A DNA stretch of 31,884 nucleotides, taken from positions 1-31,884 of the forward strand of contig NIVC01004904.1 of the NCBI GenBank assembly GCA_002269645.1, read 5' to 3'. The notes under the pieces were generated by a model. It did not search any database. It saw only the letters and a program-made list of their open reading frames with translations, and was not told where the DNA came from. Both the position numbers and the translations under genes were made by a program. Of this stretch, positions 1-10,620 are shown piece after piece. Origin of the DNA: Macrostomum lignano (Eukaryota). Each line of letters starts with the position of its first letter. The first letter of the stretch is position 1.

Positions 1-1960
1 TACAATTACTAAAGGTGTTGCATAAGTTGAATAGCATGGCCTAATTAAATTCTTAGCTAACATATTGTCTAATTGAGCATTCACCTGTTTTGGAAATGAA
101 GAAGGGATTCTTCTAGTTGAATCCTCACAGGTGTCTTATCTTTCAATAATATCTCATGCGTGACTAACAATGTTTAAGCCCATATCTAAATTGTGCTACA
201 AAACGGTTTCTTTAAAGCTCTATGCTCTTTTATAAGCTGAAATACTTTCTCTTTCTGCTCTGCTATCAAGTTTCACTAATATTGATTTTGCTAATCCAAG
301 TTTCACTTTGAGATTGCATTTGATTGACACATCCAGTGATTAGCTAGTTTGGTGGCACAGTTTGATCTAATTCACTAGTCATATACGTAAGCTCTCTGGC
401 TCTCATTGGCTTAGCTAGATCTACCTAGCAACAATTTTGGCAACTGTATTTCTACCATGCTTCAATTCACTACTTCTACTATGGCTATACCATTGCGCAT
501 AGTAACTAAGGTTGGATTCATTTCTAATGCTTTGCTCTTAGTTCTTATACTTCCAATTCCAATAGTCTCAATAGTCATTGGCATGCCATAATTAGCTTTT
601 GAATTCTTAGATAATCTCATGGGGATTTGTAGTGCATTATAAGACAGAACAACTGCTCTCTTTTGAGTATATACTTGGCATACTCTTACTGGCAAATGAG
701 TGTACTGCATGGGAACACAAGTCTTCTCCTTTAGAATTAACATGCCTTTGGCTAAATGGATGCTTTCACAATGCTCTTTAAACAATTCCATACCTAATAT
801 ATTATCGCAATTGTGGCTGTACAAAAGAAATTCTTTTAGCTACTTTTGTTTAATTAAAGTTTAATTACTTTTGGCTTTGGTTGGTGAAATTTGGGTACAA
901 ATTATTCTTTTTGTATTGATGCAAGGTTTGTAGCAGCAAATGCAGGGGTGACACATGGTGATGCAGCTAGTGCAGAGGCATAAGGTGCTGATGCAGAAAA
1001 AGTAGGTGTTGATGCTAGTGCAAATGCATTATTTATAGGTACACTAACATGTGTCTTCTTTGCATTGGGACTATTTGCCTACTTTTTAAGTCAACATAAC
1101 TACTATAATTGAAGGCCTTCATTTCAAAAACTACTTTTCCTAAGGTTGTGGCCTTTGTACTTTAGTTTCCCTGCTTAGGCTAGTTTTGGGGCAAGCGGCA
1201 CTGATGACTAAAACCAGGTCTTATTGAGCCGAAATGCTAATAGACTGCACACTTTCCTGGTTGCAGAGCATATAAGCTAGTATTGAATTGCCCCCTTAGC
1301 CTAGGCTAGAATTTGCAGCTGAAATGCCGGTGGTTGGTGAGCTGTTTTTTGTGGCATCTGAGCTAGGAATGGCTGAGGCCATGCCATAGACAATGGCCTA
1401 TTTGCCCTAAGTTCCTCTATCAGCTTCTGCTGTTGCTCTAGTTCACCTCTCTGCTGTTTCACTAACTTTTGGAGCTTCTTTTCATGCTCATTGCTTCATC
1501 CTTAATTATTTGTACATCTCCTTTGGCTTCAATTCACTATAGCATTCGCCTAGATTCTTGCAAATTTACAGGTTAAGCAAAGATTAAATTTTCCCTAGTA
1601 TCTGGCAGAATTCTGACTCCTTTGATGAATTTGCTTTTATCTCTTCCTTTCTCTGCTCCTTGATTCATATTCGGAAAGGCCCTAGCTGACAATTCAATTA
1701 GTGCATTGGTGAAACCTTCAACTTATTTCTTTCCTGCATATGGCCTCTAAATTCTTCTCCAAATTCCAATGCGTTTCATATTCCACCAAATCTCTCAATC
1801 ACTTGTTCCCTAAAATCATCATACTCTAGATCTTCTAGCAGATTGAATTGCTGCACAGCAGCAAATGCCATTGCCAAGTCTAAGTTAGCTAGCAACTCCA
1901 TCTTTCTATGATTCTCTTCAATGCCTTCAGCCTTGTATCTCTGATGTCACCAAGTTGTAT
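1..1960 (-). mobile_element. Degenerate Ty3/gypsy LTR retrotransposon, gag-protease-RT start; truncated by the left window edge; 5' end/LTR not located
   Basis: Manual - strand translation. Gag-like stretch at ~1520-1950: LEYDDFREQVIERFGGI*NALEFGEEFRGHMQERK*VEGFTNALIELSARAFP...KFIKGV...LIFA*PVNLQES. Protease C-terminus CDNILGMELF and linker IAIVEVVN*S..I.LPK..LG (ORF 462-824). RT lead-in EQKEKVFQLIKEH...VTHEILLKDKTPVRIQ, then after a frameshift RRIPSSFPKQVNAQLDNMLAKNLIRPCYSTYATPLVIV at ~1-110, matching the gypsy RT N-terminal pattern P.RIP...V..Q...ML....IRPS.S.YA.P.V.V. Many in-frame stops. Confidence 0.85.
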
Positions 1961-2344
1961 TGGTATTTCTTTTCTTTGTCTATAAAATATTGTTGTGCCA
2001 CCAAGTTGTTATAGTTTATTTGTTCTGCCTCTAAAATTGTCTTATTGATGTTTCCAAGTTGTTCTAGGTCTACAGTTCTTAGAGTTACCTAAAGTTACTT
2101 GATTTCTTGGAAATCTTATGGTAGCTATGAGTGCCTGAGCAGTAAGACACTGTCTAATTTAAACTAAGTCCAAAATTATAGCATTCCCAGGGATCAAGGG
2201 TGCCCAGTGACAAGCACTAATACCTAATATTTGTCTGCCTTCTAATGCCTAATATTAATGCCTAATCTTATGGCCTTCTTAGTACCCCTTGAGCCTGTAC
2301 AGCTTCTGTTGCCTTTAAGGCTTTTATCTCTACTTATATGTCTT

Positions 2345-2523
2345 TACAACCTCTGTCACCTTTATGGCTTTTATCCCTATTTCTAGGTCCATACAACCTG
2401 TTGCCTTTATGGTTTTATTCCTATTTCTGGGTCTATATAACCTCTGTCGCCTTTATGGCTTTTATCCTTATTTCTAGGTCTATACAACCTTTGTTGCCTT
2501 TATAGTTTTTATCCCTATTTCTA
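2345..2523. repeat. Tandem repeat, ~47-bp unit, ~4 copies
   Basis: TACAACCTCTGTCACCTTTATGGCTTTTATCCCTATTTCTAGGTCCA-like units start at 2345, 2392, 2436 and 2483. Possibly part of the retroelement 5' region. Confidence 0.85.
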
Positions 2524-3433
2524 AAATTAGAACCAAATAAGCAAAGACCAGCTATCAGCAGAAATTTCCTTTAGCAAAAGAGGTAAGCTAGAAGCAAACT
2601 GGGCCTTGCCACAAGTTGGTTTATTTTCGCGTCAGACAAAGCCTTTTTATAATAATGATATGGTGGGTAGTATATTGTAATTGGCAGGGACAACATAAAA
2701 CAAAATTTAGACAAGGATTTTAACACAAAATAAGATTTGTAACAAAAATACCTACTTATGAGCCTTACTTAAAGTGCCTACTTATAGTAATAGAGTGGAG
2801 ATTAGTTAGACCCTACTTTAATTAGTTGACATAATATCAGTTATTTCAGTCTTATGCTATGTCATAAAAATAGCTATATTAGTGAGTATGAGTATGTAGC
2901 ACCAAAAGATAAAACATTTCAATGCCTATTAGCTTCAAGCATAAAAACTTGTGCATAAAAAAAGCATAAAAATGTTTCTTTTGCTAAGGTTTCTTTGGTG
3001 ATTTAATAAAACCAAGACAATTAAGTCTTGTGATTAATTTTGCTAAAGTACAAGAACAATATCTCTATAAGTCAACATAAAATTTAAATTACTTAGTATA
3101 TTTTCTAAGCTCAAACTGATTAACCTGGATTATTAAAACTTAGAAAAGTAGTAACTTCTAGAGTTTTGACTGGACAAAGACTACTGCCTTTTTTTCTCTA
3201 TTACATCATACAGTATTGGCTTTTACAGAAAAAATATTTGGATTAAAAAAAAAACAGAGTAAATTAGGTGATAAAAAAAGAACTTTAGCCAGTTTTTTAG
3301 GACAGTTTATTAAAATTATTCAGCCTGACTTAATTTGAATTGCCTTAAACTTTGTAATGTGTAATAGTAGTAGAAATGATTAAAATAGTTTCAAACACAT
3401 TTCCAACTTGACCCATTTGCCTTTCAAATGCAG

Positions 3434-3710
3434 CCAAGGTGGGCAACATGCGCGTAGCTGGTCATCGGACCGCAACACCAGCTCTGGCTCAGGCGAGAAG
3501 CTCAACGCTGAAGAGCTTCGCAAGCAGGAAGCTGAATATGGCACAGAAGTTGATGAGGCCAAGCAAGGCCAAGTGGTGGCTGGCAGCTTGGTTAAAGAAG
3601 ACAAAGCTTTTACACCTGATGCTGTGAAAGCTTATCACGATAAGCCTGTGCCAAAGCATGAGAAACCGCATGCTCCGCCAGCTCACAATATTCACCAGCC
3701 AAGGAAGTGA
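3434..3710 (+). CDS. DAP: Terminal coding exon of a death-associated protein 1 (DAP/DAPL1 family) gene, with an apparent 1-nt deletion near 3466-3468; first exon not in the window
   Basis: Acceptor TGCAG at 3429-3433. One frame gives (A)KVGNMRVAGH, cf. human DAP KAGGMRIV. The other frame gives DRNTSSG...VVAGSLVKEDKAFTPDAVKAYHDKPVPKHEKPHAPPAHNIHQPRK*, cf. DAP C-terminus ISGVIARGDKDFPPAAAQVAHQKP...HIQQPRK. CpG-rich relative to the flanks. Confidence 0.85.
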
Positions 3711-5053
3711 ACTAGCTTAGATGCTATGTGCTAAGAGATATCATTGTTGACAAGACTCATATACTATTGGGTAGCTGGATTTGTGTGTCTATCCCTGTGC
3801 TACAGATTTCATTTCAAGCTATGAAATGTGAAGTAAGTTTCTGAAGGTTTTTAAGTTGAATTTTATGCAGATAAGTTTTGAAAATTCACTGGTACTTATT
3901 ACCACTTTGAGTGGTACGCTCTGAGACGAAACTTACTACTGAAAGTAAAATTTTACCAAAATATACCAATCTTTTATAATTTACTGACCATTCTGAATTA
4001 GTTTTATTGACACTACAACTTGTCAACTAAAACAGATTTTGAATCAATCAGTCAAATAGAGCAGGAATCACATGCGACAACAATTATTAATCGTTAGGTT
4101 TTGATGTTCTTGTCCATTTTGTTGGTAAAAGCTTAAAATTGTTTCCTTTTTGGATTTCTGTTTTGCAGTCCCCTATTATTAACCCTTTTATTGGTATCTG
4201 GTCTTGTGTTGTTTTATTAATTCTTTTTTAAAGCGTTTTATTGTCTGCTGCACAGTGAAAATTCTTTGTTTACGCCTTTTTTGTAAACTTTATATGCTTT
4301 TGGCCTTTAGTAGCTTTTGTTTTTTATTCTGAAAAATTAATAGATATTAAGTTCCATAACTACTTATTATAATCGCTGTTATCACCTGTGCTTTCGTCCA
4401 TTACTTTAATCAAAGTGTCGAACTGGTAAATCATATTTTCATTCTCTGCTGTCATAATTTCATTTTTTAACAATCCCAGTCTTTTGAGACTGCTGCTATT
4501 TAAAAGTACCCCACTTAGTATGTACTTTTCCAATAGCATTATAGTACACTGTAACAGATAAGTTTATTGTGATAGAAGCTAAAATAGTTTTGATTTCAAC
4601 CCCATGCTTCATTACCTTATGTCTGTCACATTTGATTGACATTATGAATTGTTTTTTTAGGTTTCTGGTTTCTATGTCTTTGTCGAATTTGAGCTGATGC
4701 TGTTGACCCGGAGATTCAGTATTGAGATCTTTTTGGCCGGGGATTCAAGGGCTAAACTTTTATTTGAAGCTTATTTTTCAGGTTCTTGTGGTAACTGGAT
4801 TTTTGACGTGGCGTCTGAAACTTTCTTCGCTACTGATAGTTTTTGCTTTGGCTAATAATTAAGTAATAAAAATATAAATACCGCTGATAATTAAAAGTCT
4901 GTCGGTATATCCATTTTCCTGATTCAAATATCAGCAAAAAACCTCATTTTTTCTAAAATTTTAGGACTGCTACTTTAAGTACTATGATAAGAACTTCAAT
5001 TGCGAGATCGAATATTTTAATTTTCGATCCTTAAATCTTTTGAAATCCCGAGG

Positions 5054-5801
5054 TTTTTCTAAGAATCCAGGCCCTATACCTTGTCATTCTCGCTCGTTTT
5101 CTAAGAATACAGGCCCTATATCTTGCCATTCGCACTCGTTTTCTAAGAATACAGGCCCTATATCTTGCCATTCGCACTCGTTTTCTAAGAATACAGGCCC
5201 TATATCTTGCCATTCGAACTCGTTTTCTAAGAATACATGCCCTATATCTTGTCATTCTCGCTCGTTTTCAAGAATACAGGCCCTATACCTTGTCATTCTC
5301 ACTCGTTTTCTAAGAATACAGGCCCTATACCTTGTCATTCTCACTCGTTTTCCAAGAATACAGTCCCTATACCTTGTCATTCTCACTCGTTTTCCAAGAA
5401 TACAGTCCCTATAGCTTGTCATTCTCACTCGTTTTCCAAGAATCCAGGCCCTATACCTCGCCATTCTCACTCGTTTTCAAAGAATACAGGCCCTATACCT
5501 CGCCATTCTCACTCGTTTTCAAAGAATACAGGCCCTATATCTCGCCATTCTCACTCGTTTTCAAAGAATCCAGGCCCTATACCTCGCCATTCTCACTCGT
5601 TTTAAGAATACAGGCCCTATATCTCGTCATTCTCACTCGTTTTCTAAGAATCCAGGCCCTGTACCTTGTCATTCTCACTCGTTTTCTAAGAATACATGCC
5701 CTATACCTTGTCATTCTCGCTCGATTTCTAAGAATAGCTCGTACAGGCCCTATACCTTGTCATTCTTACTCGTTTTCTAAGATCAGGCCCTATGTCTTGT
5801 C
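5054..5801. repeat. Minisatellite, 42-bp unit, ~18 copies, just upstream of CCDC191
   Basis: Unit AAGAATACAGGCCCTATATCTTGCCATTCGCACTCGTTTTCT with point variants. It explains the repetitive ORFs at 5031-5805. Confidence 0.97.
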
Positions 5802-5958
5802 CTGATAGGATCCATACTTTATTGCACTTTTGTCCTAGAATTTAAGCAGCGTTTTTCCTCCAGTTTCCATTGTTTATATATTAAGAACTGTATTATGGGA
5901 CTAATGAGCGATTCTCATTCATGCCAGAGGCAAGTAAGCGGTCCAGTTCATAGCAAGC

Positions 5959-6129
5959 ATGACCGATCGAACTAATCGCCTATTTCGTTATAAATCCGGC
6001 CCTTCGTCAAAAACTACTGGTAATAACAGTGGTAATAATAGTTCCACTCGCAGCATTCTTGGCCCCGGTGCTGCAGCAGCTACTAGCGGTGTGCGACCAT
6101 CCGACTATGATATGAAAAGCTGGTTGAAG
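5959..6129 (+). CDS. CCDC191: CCDC191-like gene, coding exon 1 of 5 (57 codons)
   Basis: ATG at 5959 and donor AAG|GTGAGT at 6130. Ends DMKSWLK and joins KVESA, resembling human CCDC191 HWIKRVEKA. Confidence 0.75.
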
Positions 6130-6362
6130 GTGAGTTTAGATTTTGTCATAGACTTTTAAATATAACTAAATTGAAAAAAATTCAGAGGTCCATGGCTTAG
6201 TATAGTTGATTTATTGTTTTCAATGACTTTTATTCATGACCGTACTTACTATGCTAGCTATTGTCAGTAATCTATTCAGTGTGAGACAATTTGATATCAT
6301 CCCTGTCCAGATTCTATTTAAGAGTCAATTAAGAACCTTCCAATCCCTTCTTCTGCTAACAG

Positions 6363-6740
6363 AAAGTGGAATCAGCCACAGATGATGCTCTATCCGGGGC
6401 GGCATCGAAGTCTGCCGCTCCCGCCGGAGGTGTTGAAGACGAGGCTCGCAGTCTGATTCGCGAATGGATGACCAGCAAAATGCTGTCAGACGCGGCACTT
6501 CTAAGCGAAGTTAACAACGATGATGACAATGATGAGAGATATCCTAGTAGAAATGCTGGCGGCGGTAATAGCTCTTCGAGATCGCGGTCCCTGCTGGAGT
6601 GGCCGCATTTGGAATCTGGCGATGCGCCCGAAGATGACTCAGCAGTTGGCGATGCTGAACTAAGCGACGCTGAACGTATAATCAAACGATTGTTGAGTAA
6701 AGACTATGTGCCAGCTAAGGTGTTGGACGATGAGTCGGCT
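6363..6740 (+). CDS. CCDC191: CCDC191-like gene, exon 2 (126 codons)
   Basis: Acceptor CTAACAG ends at 6362 and donor GTGAGT starts at 6741; phase 0 at both ends. DEARSLIREWMTSKM resembles human AEAQELVNDWLDTKL; LLSKDYV resembles LLHKNVV. Confidence 0.8.
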
Positions 6741-6825
6741 GTGAGTTCTATGGGCGGGCTGGGTCAGTGTCTTCTGGCTTTGTGAAAGTTATGAATTCTG
6801 ATAGATAATATCTCATTGAATTTGA

Positions 6826-7375
6826 GGTTACTGGATCGGGTTTTAATCGGTGCTGGATCGGGTTCTAAATGGTGCTGGATCTGGTTCTAATTGGTGCTGG
6901 ATCGGGTTCTAAATGGTGCTGGATCTGGTTCTAATTGGTGCTGGATCTGGTTCTAAATGGTGCTGGATCGGGTTCTAATTGGTGCTGGATCGGGTTCTAA
7001 TTGGTGCTGGATCGGGTTCTAAATGGTGCTGGATCGGGTTCTAATTGGTGCTGGATCGGGTTCTAAATGGTGCTGGATCGGGTTCTAATTGGTGCTGGAT
7101 CGGGTTCTAATTGGTGCTGGATCGGGTTCTAATTGGTGCTGGATCGGGTTCTAATTGGTGCTGAATCGGGTTCCGAGGTGCTGGATCGGGTTCTAAATAG
7201 TGCTGGATCTGGTTCTAATTGGTGCTGGATCAGGTTCTAATTGGTGCTGGATCGGGTTCTAATTGGTGCTGGATCGGGTTCTAATTGGTGCTAGATCGGG
7301 TTCTAATTGGTGCTGGATCGGGTTGTAAGGTGATGGATCGGTTTCCGATGTGCTGAGTTTGGTTTTGAGGTGCTA
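6826..7375. repeat. Minisatellite, 22-bp unit, ~25 copies, in CCDC191 intron 2
   Basis: Unit GGTGCTGGATCGGGTTCTAATT, degenerating at both ends. Confidence 0.97.
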
Positions 7376-7701
7376 AATTGTTTTCTTGCTGAATTAGTTC
7401 GTAAGGTGTTTGCAAAATTTCTACTATATGTTGCTAAATTTGGCGTTTAAATGTTAACAATTGGGTGCAAGATGCTCGTAGATTGCTCAATATTGTTCTC
7501 TACTATAGTACCAAGTTATTGTATTGTCTGTAGCGTCAATTTGTCATTTATAACATTTTAGCAATTATGGCCTAAATTAAGTAATAATTGAAATAAGCAA
7601 AAGCAGACTGGCCTTAGTACTGGTACCGGTAAACTTCTATTGGGGCAGAACTGTTAGTAATTAGAGGAAGGTACATTTTCTATGATATGACATCCTGCCA
7701 G

Positions 7702-8979
7702 GTGCGCGTGGACCCCCGCGTCCGCATGGAGTTGCGCCAGCAGCAGGCGCGCGAAGCTCGCGAGCGCCGACGTCGCGAAGAAGCCGAACAGCGAGAGCGC
7801 GCCGCCGAAGCGCGCCGTCTAGCACAAGAAGCGCGCCGAGTCGTAGCCGAAGAGGAGAAAGCGGCAGCGGCGAAACGGCGCGAGGAAGCGCGCTTAGTTG
7901 AAGCTGAGGCGCAGCGGCAGCGGCGCGAGATAGAAGAGCGCCGGCGCCAAGAAGCGGCGCTGCTGCGAGAGGAGCGCGAGCGCGCTGAAAAAGAGCGTTG
8001 CACGGCGGAAGCGGCGCTTTTGCAAGAGCGGCGCGCTGCAGCGGCAACCGAAGAAAAACGCGCTCTACGCGAGCTTCGGCGCCAGGCGCTAGAAGCGCGC
8101 GTACAACGGCGCGTCCTGCTAGGCAACATGTCGCTGCTAGGCCGTTGTTTCGCAGCCTGGCGCCAACTATTAGCCAGCAGCCGATTGGCCAACGGAAAAG
8201 CCGCCGCCTTTCGCGATTTCCGCTGCGCCAGACGCGCATTCGCCGCTTGGCGTTGGTACGCGCGCGGACGCGCTATGGAACGGGAAGCGCAAGCGGCGCA
8301 AGATGCTCTGCGCAATGAGCAGCGCCGAATGGACTGGGCGGCTAAGCGGCACCGGTTGCGCACAATGGGTCGCGCGTTTGACGCTTGGCGCGAATCGATT
8401 CGACTAATAAAATTAGAGCAAGCGGCCGAAGCGGAACGGTTAGAATTGCAGCGTAGAACTGGCAGATTTCTTGAGCGACTAACTGCCGAGGAGCGCGATA
8501 GAGAGCAGCGCAGGATCGCCGCAGAGCAGCAAAAACAGCAGGAGAAGGCTGAGAGATTATTTGCGGAGAATGAATCTACCAAGTTGGATCTGTCCAGTCT
8601 GAATGATGCTGAAACTCAGCTGCAGCAGCAACAACCTGGTCAGCTGACAGCTACGGGGATTAGTACTACTACTAAGCCTTTGTCAGGCGACAGAGCAAGC
8701 AGCGGTCGTAGTGCAGGCGCTCCTACCGGTCGAGGACACGCATCGCATCGACCATCCACAGCGGCGGCAACTACGGCAAACGTTGCAGCTGTTGCTGGCG
8801 GATTTGGCGGTCGGTACGAGCACAGATTCAAGGCGCAACAGGCTATGCTGCGTGAGCAGGCAAATCAATTGAAGGAGCAGCGCAGGTTGATTGAAGAATT
8901 GAGAATTGAGAAGACTTTAGCTAAGAATCAGCCGGTGCAGCCACAGGCTGATGGTGCTGCTGCTACTGCTCAGATCCAG
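7702..8979 (+). CDS. CCDC191: CCDC191-like gene, exon 3 (426 codons; coiled coil plus Trp repeats)
   Basis: Acceptor CCTGCCAG ends at 7701; donor CAG|GTTTGT at 8980. DPRVRMELRQQQ resembles human DPRLTMEMRHKQ; RCFAAWRQLL resembles RYFAAWHKLI; YEHRFKAQQAMLREQANQLKEQRRLIEEL resembles FHNRHVFQQQLIEKQKKKLQEQQKTILEL. Confidence 0.9.
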
Positions 8980-9053
8980 GTTTGTTTGGATTGTCACTCA
9001 TTCACTTGTGGGATATTGTTTTCACTCTGTACTCTTTGTACACATTCCTTACA

Positions 9054-9335
9054 TAATCTAGTCACTCTAGTTTTAAGAATCTAGTCACTCTAGTTTTAAG
9101 AATTTATTCACTCTAGTTTTAAGAATCTAGTCACTCTAGTTTTAAGAATCTAGTCACTCTAGTTTTAAGAATCTAGTCACTCTAGTTTTAAGAATCTAGT
9201 CACTCTAGTTTTAGGAATCTAGTCACTCTAGTTTTAAGAATTTAGTCACTCTAGTTATCAGAATCTAGTCACTAGTTATCAGAATCTAGTCACTAGTTAT
9301 CAGAATCTAGTCACACTAAATTTAGGAATCTAGTC
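9054..9335. repeat. Minisatellite, 23-bp unit, ~12 copies, in CCDC191 intron 3
   Basis: Unit AAGAATCTAGTCACTCTAGTTTT (e.g. starts at 9075 and 9098), with shortened units near the right end. Confidence 0.95.
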
Positions 9336-9528
9336 GTTTTCTATACTACTAACTCTTGAGTTACTGAAGTTTTCGCAACCTGTTCACTCTAGTTTAGGCA
9401 GTATAGCTATTCTAGCCTATTTCAGGAACCTTGTTACTCTATAGACTACACCCAGGTGTTTTGTCACTTTGAAATAACCTTTCTTAGAAATATCATATTT
9501 GTCTCAATATTGTTTTCACTTCGCGTAG

Positions 9529-10173
9529 ACTGCCCAGCCAAAAAGTCCGCCTTCGGCTGAAGCATCGGCCGTCAGAGAGGCCGCTGTGCCAGATGGAGAA
9601 GAAGCTGAGCCGCAGTCTGCAGCATCGCCCCGTCAAACTGCTCAGCAGCAGCAGCAGCAAAATCGTCATCCTACTAATCCTCAGTCTAATCAGGAGAACA
9701 AATTTCTCGATCGTATGCGCGCCCGCGCCGAGGAGCGCGCTCGCGCCAAAGCTGAGCGCGAGGCCCGGCGCCAGGCGGCCGAAGCGGAGCGAATCCGCGC
9801 CGCCGAGGAGGAGCTGGCGCGAGCGGCCGAAGTCGAACGAGAGGAGAAGCGGCGCCAGGCTGCTGAACGGGCGCAGCGGGAAGCAGCGCGTCAGGCGGCC
9901 AATGCGGAGAGGCGCCAACTGGAGGCGCGCCTAGCCGAAGCGAATCGGCGACGTTTGTTGCGCTACTACGGTCTGGCGCCGTGGCGCCAATTGATGCGCC
10001 AGGCAGAGACAAACGAAACAACGGCGCAGCGGCATTGGGAGTCGCGGCTGACTCGGAAATGCCTGCTAGCTTGGCATATTGGCGTGTCGGAGATTGCAAA
10101 AATCAATAACGAACTGGCTGACCAGTGCTATCGGGCCGCTTTGATTCGGCGCCATTTCTGTCGGTGGAGCCTG
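9529..10173 (+). CDS. CCDC191: CCDC191-like gene, exon 4 (215 codons)
   Basis: Acceptor TTTTCACTTCGCGTAG ends at 9528, in frame with ORF 9586; donor CTG|GTGAGT at 10174. MRARAEERAR resembles human MEERAIQRAE; YGLAPWRQL resembles KGLEPWKRL. Confidence 0.88.
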
Positions 10174-10253
10174 GTGAGTTTTGTCTAGCTATTAAATAAA
10201 GTACGTATTGTTTTATTAACTGCGTTATTAGATTCGCGTTAAAATCTGGGGCG

Positions 10254-10620
10254 TTTCTTAGAATAGCCATTTGAATGATTTGCATTTAGAATATGTAATT
10301 TGCGACAAAATCGTAGCTTTTCTTAGAATCGCCATGACAAGGTTTGCATTTCTTAGAAAAGCCATAACATCCTTAAAACTAGTTAGGGTTTCTAAGAATC
10401 GCCATAAAATGGTTTGTTTTTCTTACAATCGCCATTTGGTTATTTGCGTTTCTTGGAATCGCCATAAAATCGCTTGGTTTTCTTAGAATCGCCATGAGAT
10501 TGTTTTCGTTTCTTAGAATCGCTAGAAAATCGTTTCCTTTTCTTAGAACCGCGATTTGTGATAAAAATCGTTTGAATTTTCGAAAATCGCTTTAAAATTG
10601 CTTTCATTTCTTAGAATCAG
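10254..10620. repeat. Degenerate ~30-bp periodic array (conserved ~15-nt core plus variable half) in CCDC191 intron 4
   Basis: TTTCTTAGAATCGCC-like cores at 10254, 10319, 10349, 10389, 10419, 10449, 10479, 10509, 10539, ~10577 and 10607. Confidence 0.85.

Noticed and set aside
1950-2020. LTR end plus primer-binding site (AATAAA...ACA ACT TGGTGGCA on -)
   Set aside because: ACAACTTGG recurs three times locally and directly abuts gag-like coding sequence, and there is no second LTR in the window to confirm it.
3408-3433. ORF-track start of DAP1 at 3408 (MTHLPFKCSQ...)
   Set aside because: The start is a TTG in intron-like sequence upstream of the CAG acceptor, and the conserved DAP N-terminal motif is in another frame.
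5031-5805. ORFs in the 42-bp array; likewise ORFs at 27397-27715, 29099-29335 and 30819-31399
   Set aside because: They are translations of, or run out from, tandem repeats, with no protein-like unique sequence.
5921-5953. 10-codon uORF (MPEASKRSSS*) ending 5 nt before the CCDC191 ATG
   Set aside because: The transcript 5' end is unknown, the TAG at 5951-5953 could equally be a (trans-)splice acceptor, and such short ORFs are common by chance.
7661-10099. Long antisense and alternate-frame ORFs (7661-8239, 7680-8582, 7998-8318, 9493-9918, 9593-9934, 9686-10099)
   Set aside because: These are shadow ORFs of GC-rich Ala/Arg/Glu coiled-coil codons. The + frame has the homology and the splice sites.
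10254-10620. CRISPR array (repeat-spacer look)
   Set aside because: It lies in a spliceosomal intron of a metazoan gene, the core and spacers are only ~15 nt, spacers are related to each other, and there are no cas genes or leader.
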